IMG/VR virus record: IMGVR_UViG_3300022924_000206
Reading direction: 5' to 3' (one strand)
Length of the DNA: 64,000 nt
DNA from: an uncultured virus (IMG/VR IMGVR_UViG_3300022924_000206)
Taxonomy: Duplodnaviria > Heunggongvirae > Uroviricota > Caudoviricetes
Shown: piece after piece, positions 37,912 to 48,658 of the stretch
Position numbering within the stretch: position 1 is the stretch's first letter
Layout: each line of letters opens with the position of its first letter
Made by a program: the position numbers and the translations under genes
Notes under the pieces: generated by a model
The model's input: the letters and a program-made list of their open reading frames with translations, nothing else
Told to the model about the DNA's origin: nothing
Database searches by the model: none

Positions 37912-39339
37912 ATGAGCCAAATCCCCGCTGCCGCGTTTACCCTACTTTACGGGACTGACATTGAGCTGACACAAGAGGCATTTAGAAAAATTGCTCACGC
38001 AGAGGTAATCCTCTTAGGTATCTCCGGTCGCATGGCATCCGGTAAGGACACAATTGGTCCTAAACTAGTCAACGAGCTCGGGTATGGAGAGAACTCCTTC
38101 CACGAGTTCTTTGCTAAAGCTTTGAAGAGTGAGGCCACTCAAATCATCGAAGCCATTAGAGTGAGCAAAACGAAAGACGAAGCTGCCGACAAAATCAGTC
38201 GAGAGCTTCAAGTCCTTGAGGAACATGCTCGTGGGGCAATTTCAATTCTCTGGGTGGATGTAAAAGGGGGCACGGCGAGTACCGGTTATGATCGTACAGA
38301 TAGTGTTCGTAAGGTACTTCAGTTCTGGGGCACCGATGTTCGCAGACGCCAGGATGAAGATTACTGGGTAAAGCAAACCATGCATGCCATGATCGCACAG
38401 CTCGCAAATGGCCACAGCGTTTTCCTCACCGACGCTCGCTTTGAGAACGAAGTTGACGCCATCAAGAGAGTAGGCGGTTACTCGGTTCGGCTAAAAGTGT
38501 CTCGTGAAGTTCAGATTGCTCGTATCAAGAACAGAGATGGTATTGATCCTTCTCTGGCAGCTTTGGATCACGAATCCGAAAAAGCCCTAGACGATTACGA
38601 AACCGAGGGTAAATTCTCTGTCATTGTTGACACGGATAACCTCGATTCAAACGGTGTGCTAGCGGAGGCGAAAAATGCCGTGGAGGAGAATATCTTCCTA
38701 GTCTCTCCGGAGGCGAAAGATCGCTCTGTCGGAACAACCATTCATCATAAAGAGTTCTTTATTCAGTTCGCAAGGGAACCAATCGTTCTTGCGGTGGATC
38801 TTGACGAAGTTTGTTTCGATTACCTCGGTGGATTCCGTAAGCGCTTAGAGGCTAAGGGCCTGATCCTACCCGCAGGTAAGAGCACTAGCTGGTCTCTTCA
38901 AAAGTCCGGTTGGGTTACCTCGGAAGAGGAATACAAGAAATACCACGCCGAAGCCGTGCTGGATGGGCTTTACAGAGGGTTAGATGTTTTGCCTGGAGCT
39001 AGAGAGAACATGAGGGATCTTTCCGATTCAGGCTACGAGCTAAACATTATCACATCCCGTTTTGTTATCCCCGGTCAACACCAGATCGTGGTTAGAGAAA
39101 CCGCAGAGGCTCTCGATAATGCTAAGATCCCTTACGCCAACATTATGTTCCAGAAGAACAAAGTTCGGTTCCTTGCCGATGCCTATCTAGACGATGGTCC
39201 TCACAACATTGAAGCTCTTCGTGATGCTGGCCGCTATGTTATTAAGATGAATCAGCTTTACAACATGTATCTCGGAGGCGCCTCAGCCGATGATTGGGAT
39301 GAAGCTCGACAGATTCTTCGTGAGCGTTTCGGCCGCTGA
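37912..39339 (+). CDS. dNMP kinase fused to 5'(3')-nucleotidase-like HAD domain
   Basis: GRMASGKD, LQFWGT, DARFENE, HESE; DLDEV and YLDDGPHN. Confidence 0.85.
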   Translation: MSQIPAAAFTLLYGTDIELTQEAFRKIAHAEVILLGISGRMASGKDTIGPKLVNELGYGENSFHEFFAKALKSEATQIIEAIRVSKTKDEAADKISRELQVLEEHARGAISILWVDVKGGTASTGYDRTDSVRKVLQFWGTDVRRRQDEDYWVKQTMHAMIAQLANGHSVFLTDARFENEVDAIKRVGGYSVRLKVSREVQIARIKNRDGIDPSLAALDHESEKALDDYETEGKFSVIVDTDNLDSNGVLAEAKNAVEENIFLVSPEAKDRSVGTTIHHKEFFIQFAREPIVLAVDLDEVCFDYLGGFRKRLEAKGLILPAGKSTSWSLQKSGWVTSEEEYKKYHAEAVLDGLYRGLDVLPGARENMRDLSDSGYELNIITSRFVIPGQHQIVVRETAEALDNAKIPYANIMFQKNKVRFLADAYLDDGPHNIEALRDAGRYVIKMNQLYNMYLGGASADDWDEARQILRERFGR

Positions 39340-39357
39340 TCCAGCGATAGTTATCAC

Positions 39358-40167
39358 ATGCAGAATCTCGATGGCCCCCTAAAAAAGTACACATCCGGAG
39401 CCTTTCCAACCCATAGTTCCAATAATGAGCTGCCAAATAATTTTGACGGTTTAGCTCCTGAAGCTCTTCGCTACATGCTTCAAAAAGAGGGTTGGATTAG
39501 TGAGGCAGGTAAACCGACTAAACGAGCGGCTGAACTAGGTTTAGTGGATAGACTCGAAAATAGCGCTCTTTGGAATTTGAAAAATCTTGAAGAAAAGCTA
39601 AACAGCCTAGGTAATCGCATGGAGCGAAAAGCCGTGAATCAAGAGCTAAAAGCTCCCGAGAGCAGCGAACCCTCCTGGGCTAACCTAGGAACAATCGGCA
39701 CTTATTTCTCTGTATCCGCCAATGAGGTAGGTAAGTGGCTTGATCAGCTTGAGCTTCGTGACGATGAAGGAATGGCCACCAATGAAGCCATGGAAAAAGG
39801 TTTAGCCACAACCTTTGAAATGAGCACCGGGGAAGGCAAGAATAAAACTCGTAAGATCACCCATTGGAATCTACATCTTGTTCAAAAAATACTTGTCGAA
39901 AACGGCCATTATCTCAACTTCGATTACGAGAAATCACTAAAAGGCTCCGGCAGAAATTCGGATGTAAAAGTCGAGACTTTAGACGACAGAGCTAAAGTTT
40001 TTGCGAAAGAGTTTGTTCGCATATTCAAAGATAAACAACTGAGAAAAACACTTCCGGCTTTAGTAGATAAGACGGCTAAACCGATTCAGAAGAAAGCTGA
40101 AGAGCTAATCGGTAAGCCTAATTTCATCACTAGTGGCGCATATAAGAATCACTTTGACAGGGCCTGA
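39358..40167 (+). CDS. hypothetical protein
   Basis: 269-aa ORF. Confidence 0.75.
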   Translation: MQNLDGPLKKYTSGAFPTHSSNNELPNNFDGLAPEALRYMLQKEGWISEAGKPTKRAAELGLVDRLENSALWNLKNLEEKLNSLGNRMERKAVNQELKAPESSEPSWANLGTIGTYFSVSANEVGKWLDQLELRDDEGMATNEAMEKGLATTFEMSTGEGKNKTRKITHWNLHLVQKILVENGHYLNFDYEKSLKGSGRNSDVKVETLDDRAKVFAKEFVRIFKDKQLRKTLPALVDKTAKPIQKKAEELIGKPNFITSGAYKNHFDRA

Positions 40168-40212
40168 CAAACCCTCGTTGAGGTTATAAAGATCGCTCAG
40201 ATGACGAGCAGA

Positions 40213-40479
40213 TCACAGCCAGCCACGGTCATACATGTTCTGTAAACGCTTCAAATCTCGGTGCTGTTCGTAGGCTCTAAAAGAGCGCCAGCCCAAGTAA
40301 CTAGCCGCGGCCGCTGCGAAAAATGCCGCTCCCATGAGGCCCTGTGTTAAGCTATTAAAAGTCCACATGAACATTAGAACAGCGCCGCCAAGGTAAATCG
40401 GAAGCAGGGGAGCCTCTTTAGTGCTCCAAGCAATAATATCCGGATTAACTGGATTCGGATGATCGGAGAACAAGCCCAT
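40213..40479 (-). CDS. small membrane protein
   Basis: Two hydrophobic helices, AAGGA RBS. Confidence 0.7.
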   Translation of the reverse strand: MGLFSDHPNPVNPDIIAWSTKEAPLLPIYLGGAVLMFMWTFNSLTQGLMGAAFFAAAAASYLGWRSFRAYEQHRDLKRLQNMYDRGWL

Positions 40480-40494
40480 GATTTCCTTCTATCT

Positions 40495-41337
40495 TTAGAA
40501 TGGACGTTGGATAGTGGTATCGTTGAGGGCTAATCTCTCAACAAGCAATTGACGATCTTCAGAAAGTCTTGTCATGGGCTCTTCTTTTAGAGTCAAACCT
40601 AGAGAGATAATTCTCTGCCCATTGATTTCAAGCTTAGAGCCGTAGCGATGATAACGAATCTTATCCACATATTTGTAGAGCGATTCCTCTCCATCCGCTA
40701 AGAGTCGCCCCTCCGGCTCGTTCAAAGAGCCACCGCCTGTGACTTGGTCAAAAGGCAAAGCCTCGGGCGCGGTGATCCAGGAGGGGTAAAGTTCTCTAGA
40801 AGGATGTGCCCAGATTGGGTTAGCCGAGTAATTCGGCGGATCACCTAAAAGATAACACCTACCTTGGTAAAGAGTCTTTGAATAACGATCATTGAGAAGT
40901 TTAGCAGCATGAGCTGCGGTTTCCGGGCGACCAATGTCAACCCATTCTCCGTAGGTTAGTCCTCCGTGAGAAATAAGTCGGCCACGAACGGCTACGGCGA
41001 CTCGTATGGGGTTTTCTCCGACCCACATGTCTCTCAAGATTTTGCGAGACTTCTGATTGGTCCACTCGTTTGGAAGATTCAAAGCTGCTATCTCATTGGG
41101 GCCCACAAGCTGAGTCCATCGTGTGAGCTTTAGACGAGAGGCTACCGCTACCAATAGATCCTGATTACCACCGCGATTTTCACTGATGTCTTTAGCGTAT
41201 TCGTTCAATCCGATTATGTTTCCGAACTGATAAACTTCATCGCTAGCGGCGGTTTCTTTTTCTAGGAGATTTTGCCAAAGCTTTATCTGTCCCTCGATGG
41301 AAGGGAGGTACATAACTCTAAGAAACTTTTTAGCCAT
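40495..41337 (-). CDS. degenerate metallophosphoesterase-like protein
   Basis: QFGN, GPNE, SHGG resemble degraded motifs. Confidence 0.55.
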   Translation of the reverse strand: MAKKFLRVMYLPSIEGQIKLWQNLLEKETAASDEVYQFGNIIGLNEYAKDISENRGGNQDLLVAVASRLKLTRWTQLVGPNEIAALNLPNEWTNQKSRKILRDMWVGENPIRVAVAVRGRLISHGGLTYGEWVDIGRPETAAHAAKLLNDRYSKTLYQGRCYLLGDPPNYSANPIWAHPSRELYPSWITAPEALPFDQVTGGGSLNEPEGRLLADGEESLYKYVDKIRYHRYGSKLEINGQRIISLGLTLKEEPMTRLSEDRQLLVERLALNDTTIQRPF

Positions 41338-41448
41338 AGTGCACTCCTCCTTCCAGGATTGTCAACTTATTCTACCGACAACTTCACGATTCTTATATGG
41401 GAGAATCCTTTTATAGTGCCAAGCTCACCTATGAGTTATCGGAAACAA

Positions 41449-42213
41449 TTATGCTATGAGTAAGTGATTTTTCATGTTTTTACCACCCAGTGGGAGCTGG
41501 CCTGTATTTCTCACGGAATGAACACCAAAAATAGCTTGAAGAAAGTTCACGGATCTTTCATTCCAAGGGGAGGTACTATAGTTCCAAACCATGAGTGGCC
41601 TTGCTCCGCCGAGATTTTCTCCGTTGGGGTTAGAGCGCAAATAAAAATTCGCAATAATTTCGTTTTGAGCGGTACATGTGACTATTGTTTTATTCATTTT
41701 AGCTTGGCGATGAATTTCAGCACGAATATTAGAGCCATTCCTCGCTCCGATGGGTAGAGCGAAATGATTGTAATAGGACCAGACTACCACACCGCTCTCA
41801 TTTGTGTAGGCTTTCACGGTGAGCCCTGTTTTTGAATCGCTGTCAAAGTAGACTCTGCTATCTCTACGAGTATTGTCAAGGAACATCTGAAGGACTGTCA
41901 AAAATGGCGGAATAGCTAAACTAGAAATCGTGGTCGCAAGCCAATGAGATGAAAAGAGTGGAGTGCTCAAAATCAATAGTTGAATAACTATTAGGAGAGC
42001 TACATTTCCGCCATACTCTGTAAACCAGCGTTTAATAGCGTGGTAAAGCCAACGAGTATCTATCTCTCGCGCACTCTTAGAGGTTCGTAACGGGCCCCAG
42101 AGGGAGGCGTAGTGTAGAAACACACCTTGGTAAATAAGCTGTAGGGCACCTGACCGCTTTAATGAATTTGTCTCTTTGGGGAACATGAAAGGTTTATCAC
42201 TCCTTTTACTCAC
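41449..42213 (-). CDS. hypothetical membrane protein
   Basis: Two hydrophobic segments. Confidence 0.65.
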   Translation of the reverse strand: MSKRSDKPFMFPKETNSLKRSGALQLIYQGVFLHYASLWGPLRTSKSAREIDTRWLYHAIKRWFTEYGGNVALLIVIQLLILSTPLFSSHWLATTISSLAIPPFLTVLQMFLDNTRRDSRVYFDSDSKTGLTVKAYTNESGVVVWSYYNHFALPIGARNGSNIRAEIHRQAKMNKTIVTCTAQNEIIANFYLRSNPNGENLGGARPLMVWNYSTSPWNERSVNFLQAIFGVHSVRNTGQLPLGGKNMKNHLLIA

Positions 42214-42286
42214 ATAAGGTTATTCCGAAAAACGCAAAATACTTCGGTAGTATTAACCGTAAATACATTACCAGAGAGGCACCGCA

Positions 42287-42802
42287 ATGAACGTAGTAGC
42301 TCCCACCGTGGACGCCGCAACTCAGGCTAAAGAAGCCGAGGCCGCCGAAGCGAAAATCCAGTTTGAAGCTGAATTAGCTAAATCAAAAGCTATTTGGGCT
42401 AGTAAAGTCAAAAAGGACAATGATAGGAGAGCTCTCGCCGCGGAGACCCTCGAGGCTGACAAAGTAAAGAACCATGAGCGTCGTAAGAAAATCGCTAACC
42501 AGCACTTTGCGAATATTCTTATCCGTCGCAATCGTGAACTCGGTGCGCTACGTTTCAGTATCAAAAAAGTAAAGTTTGCCAATAAAATCGCCCCGCTCTG
42601 GAGCTGGCTTCCCGGAGGTAGCGAACAGCTCGCCTCCAACGCCGAGTTTTTACAGAGTGAAAAAGAGCGAACCAAATACATCCTTCGCCCGCTAAGTGAA
42701 TTGCTAGATCCTACGCTGATCACCGATCAGAAGCTTATTGAGTTCACTGAAGAGTTTCCAGCGGATGTTCCTGCCTGGGGTCGTACAGAGCTCTCGAAGT
42801 AA
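42287..42802 (+). CDS. hypothetical helical protein
   Basis: GAGG RBS, 171 aa. Confidence 0.75.
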   Translation: MNVVAPTVDAATQAKEAEAAEAKIQFEAELAKSKAIWASKVKKDNDRRALAAETLEADKVKNHERRKKIANQHFANILIRRNRELGALRFSIKKVKFANKIAPLWSWLPGGSEQLASNAEFLQSEKERTKYILRPLSELLDPTLITDQKLIEFTEEFPADVPAWGRTELSK

Positions 42803-42884
42803 GCTTTTACAACTTTTTCAGATTTGCTACAATTGACAGTAATTGGTAGTATTACAACTCAGGCACAGAAAGGTGTAAACACAC

Positions 42885-43481
42885 ATGGATAAAAATCCCC
42901 TACAACCACCAAGAGGTGTCTTCGATCAGCTCACCATAGCTAATCGTGTAGTTTGGCTCAAAGAGGCCGTTGACGAGAAAAATATGGCTGAACTCTCCGC
43001 TGAGCTTCACCGTATTTCGCTTACTACAGATCAAGACATCTATCTATTCATTAATTCTCCCGGCGGAAGTGTGACCGCCGGACTCATGTTCTATGACATG
43101 ATGAATCTGGTTCCCAATGACATTGTGACCATCGGAATGGGTATGTGTGCCTCCATGGGACAATTTCTACTCACCACGGGAGCTCCCGGAAAACGCTTCA
43201 TTACTCCCAATGCTCGAGTACTTCTTCACCAGCCCTCCGGTGGTTTTGGTGGTACTACCTCGGATATTTCAATTCAGGCGGATCTCATCGTGAAGATGAA
43301 GCACCAGCTCGCTTCAATCACCGCCGAGAGAACCGGTAAAACAGTTGAACAGGTCAACCTAGACGGTGACCGCGACCGCTGGTTCACCGCGGATGAAGCA
43401 CTTGATTATGGTTTCGTTGACCATGTGGTGAAAAACTTCTCTGAAATCAATGATGTTCTAGTAAAAGGAGAAGTTCGATGA
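42885..43481 (+). CDS. clpP1: Clp protease proteolytic subunit 1
   Basis: [25 protein letters not shown]. Confidence 0.93.
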   Translation: MDKNPLQPPRGVFDQLTIANRVVWLKEAVDEKNMAELSAELHRISLTTDQDIYLFINSPGGSVTAGLMFYDMMNLVPNDIVTIGMGMCASMGQFLLTTGAPGKRFITPNARVLLHQPSGGFGGTTSDISIQADLIVKMKHQLASITAERTGKTVEQVNLDGDRDRWFTADEALDYGFVDHVVKNFSEINDVLVKGEVR

Positions 43482-44080
43482 ATTTTCCAAACGTTGATGC
43501 ACGTTATGTCCTCCCCACCATGGAGGAGAAGACCCCCTACGGTTTCCGTCACTTAGACCCGTATAGCAAGCTATTTGATTCTCGAATCATTTTCCTGTCA
43601 ACTCAGGTTGACTCGGTGAGCTCGAGTGATGTTGTGGCCCAACTCCTCGCGCTAAACGCAGCGGATGAATCACCGATTACTCTCTACATCAACTCTCCCG
43701 GTGGAAGCCTCACGGATATGAGTATGATCGTGGACACCATGAATTACATCGCGGCTCCGGTGAGTACAGTCGCTTTGGGGCTTGCGGCCTCCGCTGCGGC
43801 AATCATTCTTGCGGCTGGGGAAAAGGGGCTTCGTTTTGCTCTTCCCAGCGCTCGAATTTTGCTTCACCAGCCACGAGTCGATGGCTCTGGTCGCGGTCAG
43901 GCCTCGGACATCGAGATTCAGGCCAAGGAAATCGAGTACCTACGTGATCGCATGGAGCACTTCCTAAGCGATCGAACTGGACAGCCTCTAGAGCTCATTC
44001 GTAAGGACCTGGAACGGGATAAGTTCCTCTCCGGCACAGACGCCATTGAATATGGAATCTTAGACTCCATCATTTCCTAA
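43478..44080 (+). CDS. clpP2: Clp protease proteolytic subunit 2
   Basis: [28 protein letters not shown]. Confidence 0.93.
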   Translation: MNFPNVDARYVLPTMEEKTPYGFRHLDPYSKLFDSRIIFLSTQVDSVSSSDVVAQLLALNAADESPITLYINSPGGSLTDMSMIVDTMNYIAAPVSTVALGLAASAAAIILAAGEKGLRFALPSARILLHQPRVDGSGRGQASDIEIQAKEIEYLRDRMEHFLSDRTGQPLELIRKDLERDKFLSGTDAIEYGILDSIIS

Positions 44081-44087
44081 GGTCATC

Positions 44088-44128
44088 TTTAGGGGAGCGA
44101 AACATCTAACGGTGATCGCTCCCCTAAA
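44088..44128. terminator. hairpin terminator
   Basis: TTTAGGGGAGCGA/TCGCTCCCCTAAA. Confidence 0.65.
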
Positions 44129-44182
44129 ACGTTTAAACTTGCTAAAACTTCGATATAAGAATACCTAGGGAGAGGGACCCTC

Positions 44183-44470
44183 ATGAGCGAATCGCTGTCA
44201 CATCTGAAAGACGTAGCAAATCCTGGATACCACCTCAAGGAAATTCCTCGCGGCGAAGTCGGGGAATTATCCAAAGTCTATGAAGAGATTCTAGAGGCAC
44301 TCGATGCAGAGGCTCAAGGAGCCACAGTTATGGCCCTAGTTGAACTCTCAGATTTAGTCGGAGCCTTAAAGGCTTATCTTGCTAAACATCACCCCTCAAT
44401 AACTCTTGAGGATTTAGAGGCCTTCAGTTCAATCACCGCAAGAGCGTTTACCTCGGGGAGAAGAAGTTGA
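44183..44470 (+). CDS. small MazG-like helical protein
   Basis: KVYEEILE...ELSDL pattern. Confidence 0.55.
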   Translation: MSESLSHLKDVANPGYHLKEIPRGEVGELSKVYEEILEALDAEAQGATVMALVELSDLVGALKAYLAKHHPSITLEDLEAFSSITARAFTSGRRS

Positions 44471-45045
44471 ACGGAACAAGGGACTTCCAACGTAGGCTTC
44501 TACTAGACTACCGCTACATCGCCGACGCACAGGATTTTTACCTTGAAAAAGATTACGAGCCCATCGCTATTCCTTGGGTAATCGGAATTGATTCCTATAC
44601 TTCGACACTTCCTCCTCGAGTAGAGCACTATGCTACCTTAGGCGGTTTCCTCGTGGGAAGTGCTGAGCAAAGCTTCATTCAGCTAATGGCCGATGGTGAA
44701 GAATTAGGTAGAGTTCAGGCCGCGTCTCCGTGTTTTAGAAGTGAAGATCACGATGAACTTCATAGTCCCTATTTCTTCAAGTTGGAACTTTTCGATAACA
44801 CCCTAGAGATGACAGAGAAGAATGTTCTCGCGGTCCTCGATGATGCTAGAGGGTTCTTTGAAAAACACATCGAAACAGAGATATCTCAGGAGAGCGAAAA
44901 ATCTTGGGACATCGTTTCCAAAGCTAACGGTATTGAACTAGGTTCCTACGGAATCCGTTCATATAAATCTAATCAATGGATTTACGGTACCGGAGTAGCG
45001 TTACCGCGACTGCAGCAGGCAATAGCTTTAGCCGAGGCCAACTAA
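44467..45045 (+). CDS. stand-alone class II aaRS/AsnA-like catalytic domain
   Basis: SAEQ, CFRSE motif 2, ELGSYG, GTGVALPRL motif 3. Confidence 0.7.
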   Translation: MNGTRDFQRRLLLDYRYIADAQDFYLEKDYEPIAIPWVIGIDSYTSTLPPRVEHYATLGGFLVGSAEQSFIQLMADGEELGRVQAASPCFRSEDHDELHSPYFFKLELFDNTLEMTEKNVLAVLDDARGFFEKHIETEISQESEKSWDIVSKANGIELGSYGIRSYKSNQWIYGTGVALPRLQQAIALAEAN

Positions 45046-46497
45046 ATTCTCTATGGAGAGTAACTCGTTGAGCTCGTCCTCGGGGATGAGCCCACGCTCA
45101 AGAATAACCTGACGAATAGATTTCTTAGATTCTACGGCCTCATGCTGTACCAATGTAGCATTTTTGTAACCGATGCGAGTGAGCAGTGCGGTTATTAACC
45201 CTGCACTATTCTCAACATTCTCGTTTACAAAAGCTTCATTCACTTCGATTCCCTCTATACAATTCACTCTAAGAGTATAGATCGCGTTTGTGAGCCAAAT
45301 AGAGGACTGAAGTAGCGAATGAGCTATAACTGGTTCAAAAGCGTTCAATTGTAGTTGGCCAGCTTCGGAGGCTGCCGTCACTGTGGCATCGGTTCCCACG
45401 ATGGTCATATAAACTTGATTCATCACTTCCGGAATAACGGGGTTCACTTTACCGGCCATAATTGAAGAGCCTGCCTGGCGAGCAGGAAGATTTAGCTCTC
45501 TAAAACCAGTTTGAGGACCAGAAGAGAGTAACCGGAGATCATTACTCATTTTACTAAGTTTAGCGGCGGCTCTTTTTAATGCTCCACTTGCACTCATGAA
45601 TATTCCTGTATCGTTGGTGGCTCCGATTAGATCGTAAGCGCTTCTAAGATCGTAACCTAGAATTAGCGAAAGCTCTTCGTTGACTAATTTTCTGAAACCT
45701 CGATCAGCTGCGATTCCGGTACCGATGGCTGTTCCTCCGAGATTAGTTTCCTTTAGTCCTTCGATAACCGCCTGAATAAGAGCCTGATCCTCGAAAAGAC
45801 CGTTACCCCAAGCATGGAATTCCTGTCCTACTGTCATGGGCACCGCATCCTGAAGCTGAGTTCTACCCATTTTCAAAACGGCCTCATTCTCCTTACCTTT
45901 TCGATGGAGTGATGAAACAAGTAATCTGTGCTCTTTCAGCAACCGCTGGAAAGTAGAGGCTAAAGATAGTTTCACAGCCGTAGGATACACATCATTTGTT
46001 GACTGGCCTTTATTGGTGTGATCGTTGGGACTTAGTCTAACGTAATCGCCTTTTTCGTAGCCCATGAGTTCTAAAGCCCTATTGGTTATAACCTCATTAG
46101 CTGTCATATTTTGACTGGTACCCGCGCCTCCGGTGATAACCCCAGTTTTGAACTCTTTGTGAAGCTTTCCCTCGATGATCTCCTGGCATGCCGCGTCAAT
46201 GGCATCGGCCTGAAATTCAGTCAATAGACCCAGCTTCTTATTAGAGCGGGCAGCAGCTTGCTTTATCTGAGCTAAAGCTACCACGAATTCAGGATAAACA
46301 GAAATAGAGCGTTTCGTGATAGGAAAATTAACTAGCGCTCTCGCCGTGTGTATTCCCCAATAGGCATCTTTCGGTATGGGTAGTTCCCCAAGTGAATCCT
46401 GTTCGATTCTTACCTCGGGGCTTTTCTCTAGTAGAGTTGAGTATTCATCCTTACGGCCTATGGTTTCAATAGGTCGAGTACTCGTATCTGGGATCAC
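45028..46497 (-). CDS. aspA: aspartate ammonia-lyase
   Basis: GRTQLQDAVP, GSSIMAGKVNPVIPE signature. Confidence 0.92.
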   Translation of the reverse strand: MIPDTSTRPIETIGRKDEYSTLLEKSPEVRIEQDSLGELPIPKDAYWGIHTARALVNFPITKRSISVYPEFVVALAQIKQAAARSNKKLGLLTEFQADAIDAACQEIIEGKLHKEFKTGVITGGAGTSQNMTANEVITNRALELMGYEKGDYVRLSPNDHTNKGQSTNDVYPTAVKLSLASTFQRLLKEHRLLVSSLHRKGKENEAVLKMGRTQLQDAVPMTVGQEFHAWGNGLFEDQALIQAVIEGLKETNLGGTAIGTGIAADRGFRKLVNEELSLILGYDLRSAYDLIGATNDTGIFMSASGALKRAAAKLSKMSNDLRLLSSGPQTGFRELNLPARQAGSSIMAGKVNPVIPEVMNQVYMTIVGTDATVTAASEAGQLQLNAFEPVIAHSLLQSSIWLTNAIYTLRVNCIEGIEVNEAFVNENVENSAGLITALLTRIGYKNATLVQHEAVESKKSIRQVILERGLIPEDELNELLSIENLVGLG

Positions 46498-46626
46498 TGT
46501 GTATTCCTGTCTAAAATCATTCTTACGTTAATAGGTATATCGAGTTTTCGTGTGATAGGATTACACTGATAATAGTGTCAAAGGAACTTACTCAAGTTCC
46601 CCGATTCAGGAGGGACTGAGTACCCC

Positions 46627-47754
46627 ATGACTATTGCGCTCACGAAACCCCATAGCTCCGGCATACGCAAGACCGGTAAGATAGAAGGTGCTTCGTACTA
46701 TAGCGAACTCCTTGAAAAGATCAAGGAAGCTAACCTCTTAAAAAGAGAGGTGAAGTTCTATAGTTGGTACTTTGCTCTAGTCTCCGTGCTCTCATTAGCC
46801 GCCTGGGCCGGCATTGTGCTCATGGGAATTTTCTTCCACGGACAATTCGCATGGCAGCTATTGGTACTTCCGGTGGTGGTAATCCAGGGAGCTTTGACTG
46901 CTCAATATGCCTTCATCGCTCACGAGCTCGCTCACAATCAAGTTTTCGCTAAAAATAAATGGAATGACTGGGTAGGCCTTGTGATGGCTAACCTTTTCGC
47001 AGGTCTTTCCTACGGTTTCTGGTTAGCTAAGCACAATAGACATCACGCTAAGCCCAACATGATCGACGGAGATCCTGACATTAACCTTAGGGTTATCGCT
47101 TTCACAACTGAACAGAAGTATGCCAAACCGGCCACCGAACGACTTTTCACTAGGAATCAGGGATGGCTATTCCCCATCATCAGCTTCCTCACCGCCGGTG
47201 ATCTTCTCATGGATTCCATCAAATCAGTTTTCAGAACCGAAGGCCGCGGAGCAAACCGTCGTTACCTAGAGCTCTCCATGCTCGTTGTTCGATTCTTCGT
47301 TCCTGCTGTCATGTACTTCCTGTTCCTCGATCCAATCATGGCGACCATCGCGTTCCTAACCTACATGGCATTCTTCGGTTTCTTCATGGGTAACGCTTTC
47401 GCTGTAAACCACATCGGCATGCCTCTTGTTGAAAAAGGTTCCCGCATGGGCTTCCTCGAGCGCCAGGTACTAACTTCCCGTAACATCAAGCCCAGCTGGT
47501 TCATGGACATGATGATGGGTGGCTTGAACTACCAGGTAGAGCACCACCTTTTCCCAAGCATGGCAAGACCACAGCTAAAAAGAGCTCGTCAACTTGTTAT
47601 TGAATTCTGTAAAGAAAAAGAAATCAAGTACACAGAGGTATCTTTCCCTAAAGGTTATGCTTCGGTTATTCGTTACCTCAACACGGTGGGAACCTCAACG
47701 AAAATTGATCCGTTCATTTGTCCCATGGTATCGGCTTACCGTCAAACCCCATAA
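46627..47754 (+). CDS. membrane fatty acid desaturase
   Basis: His boxes HELAH, HNRHH, QVEHHLFP. Confidence 0.92.
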   Translation: MTIALTKPHSSGIRKTGKIEGASYYSELLEKIKEANLLKREVKFYSWYFALVSVLSLAAWAGIVLMGIFFHGQFAWQLLVLPVVVIQGALTAQYAFIAHELAHNQVFAKNKWNDWVGLVMANLFAGLSYGFWLAKHNRHHAKPNMIDGDPDINLRVIAFTTEQKYAKPATERLFTRNQGWLFPIISFLTAGDLLMDSIKSVFRTEGRGANRRYLELSMLVVRFFVPAVMYFLFLDPIMATIAFLTYMAFFGFFMGNAFAVNHIGMPLVEKGSRMGFLERQVLTSRNIKPSWFMDMMMGGLNYQVEHHLFPSMARPQLKRARQLVIEFCKEKEIKYTEVSFPKGYASVIRYLNTVGTSTKIDPFICPMVSAYRQTP

Positions 47755-47757
47755 GGT

Positions 47758-48576
47758 TTAAAAGGTATTGGAGATAAAAGCATCATTGGCTCGAGCGAAG
47801 AATCGAGCCCTTGAAAGACTGTCCCAATTCCCATCATCGTGAGTTTCTTGAGCAATGGTGATTCTTTCTCCATTGTTCTGAACTAGATAAGCGGTAGCTA
47901 CTCCATGGCGACTTCTTACGTAGATTTCGTTGAATCCGGGACGATCGGTTAGCGGCGCTTCCCAAACATCAGGAGCTCCCCAGCCGGTTCTCTCTAGTTC
48001 GATTCCATCGAGACTAACTGTTCCATCATTGAGGTTGTTATACATTTCTTTTAGTTGAACGTGCGAGCGACTGTCTTGATCGAAAACGTCCGGAAATTTC
48101 TCTTTCGCTTTGTCCATGGAGCTTTCAAAAGCATAGGCGAGAGCCCGGGGAGTAACGGTGCCATCACTATCGTAATCCTGTGATTCAAAGGTTACTTCAG
48201 CTATGGTTTCTCTTTCCTTGTCAAAACTCGCTACAAACCATGCCTTCTTATCATCGAATCCAAAGTAGGCGGTTTCTTGTCCTCCGAAAATTTCACTCGC
48301 TCCGTGGTAATAAGCTGCATCATAACTGTTACGGTCACGTTCAAAACTGATACCGTTGAGTTCTAAATCTCCATAGGGGAACTGACCAATCAATGACTCA
48401 TCTCGTAAATCTCTTTTTGCTAGAGCCACTAAACTGTTGGAGCTCATTGAAGCTTCATAGGCATCTCTAGCCTCTTCGAGCGAGTCATAGTGATTTTCCT
48501 CACCGAAAGGGCACTCGTAAACTGCCCTACACTCCCCGGTGTTACCAGTTTGTGGGTTTACATGAAATCGGTTCAT
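47758..48576 (-). CDS. HCCH-module family protein
   Basis: FHVNPQTG...CRA...CPFG...HY. Confidence 0.8.
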   Translation of the reverse strand: MNRFHVNPQTGNTGECRAVYECPFGEENHYDSLEEARDAYEASMSSNSLVALAKRDLRDESLIGQFPYGDLELNGISFERDRNSYDAAYYHGASEIFGGQETAYFGFDDKKAWFVASFDKERETIAEVTFESQDYDSDGTVTPRALAYAFESSMDKAKEKFPDVFDQDSRSHVQLKEMYNNLNDGTVSLDGIELERTGWGAPDVWEAPLTDRPGFNEIYVRSRHGVATAYLVQNNGERITIAQETHDDGNWDSLSRARFFARANDAFISNTF

Positions 48577-48658
48577 CGTTCAACTCCTAAAGCTTAGTTG
48601 ATTTTCTAACGTCATAATCTGAGTCATTTAGAAAGAGCCTGGAGGAGTTATTAGATTT

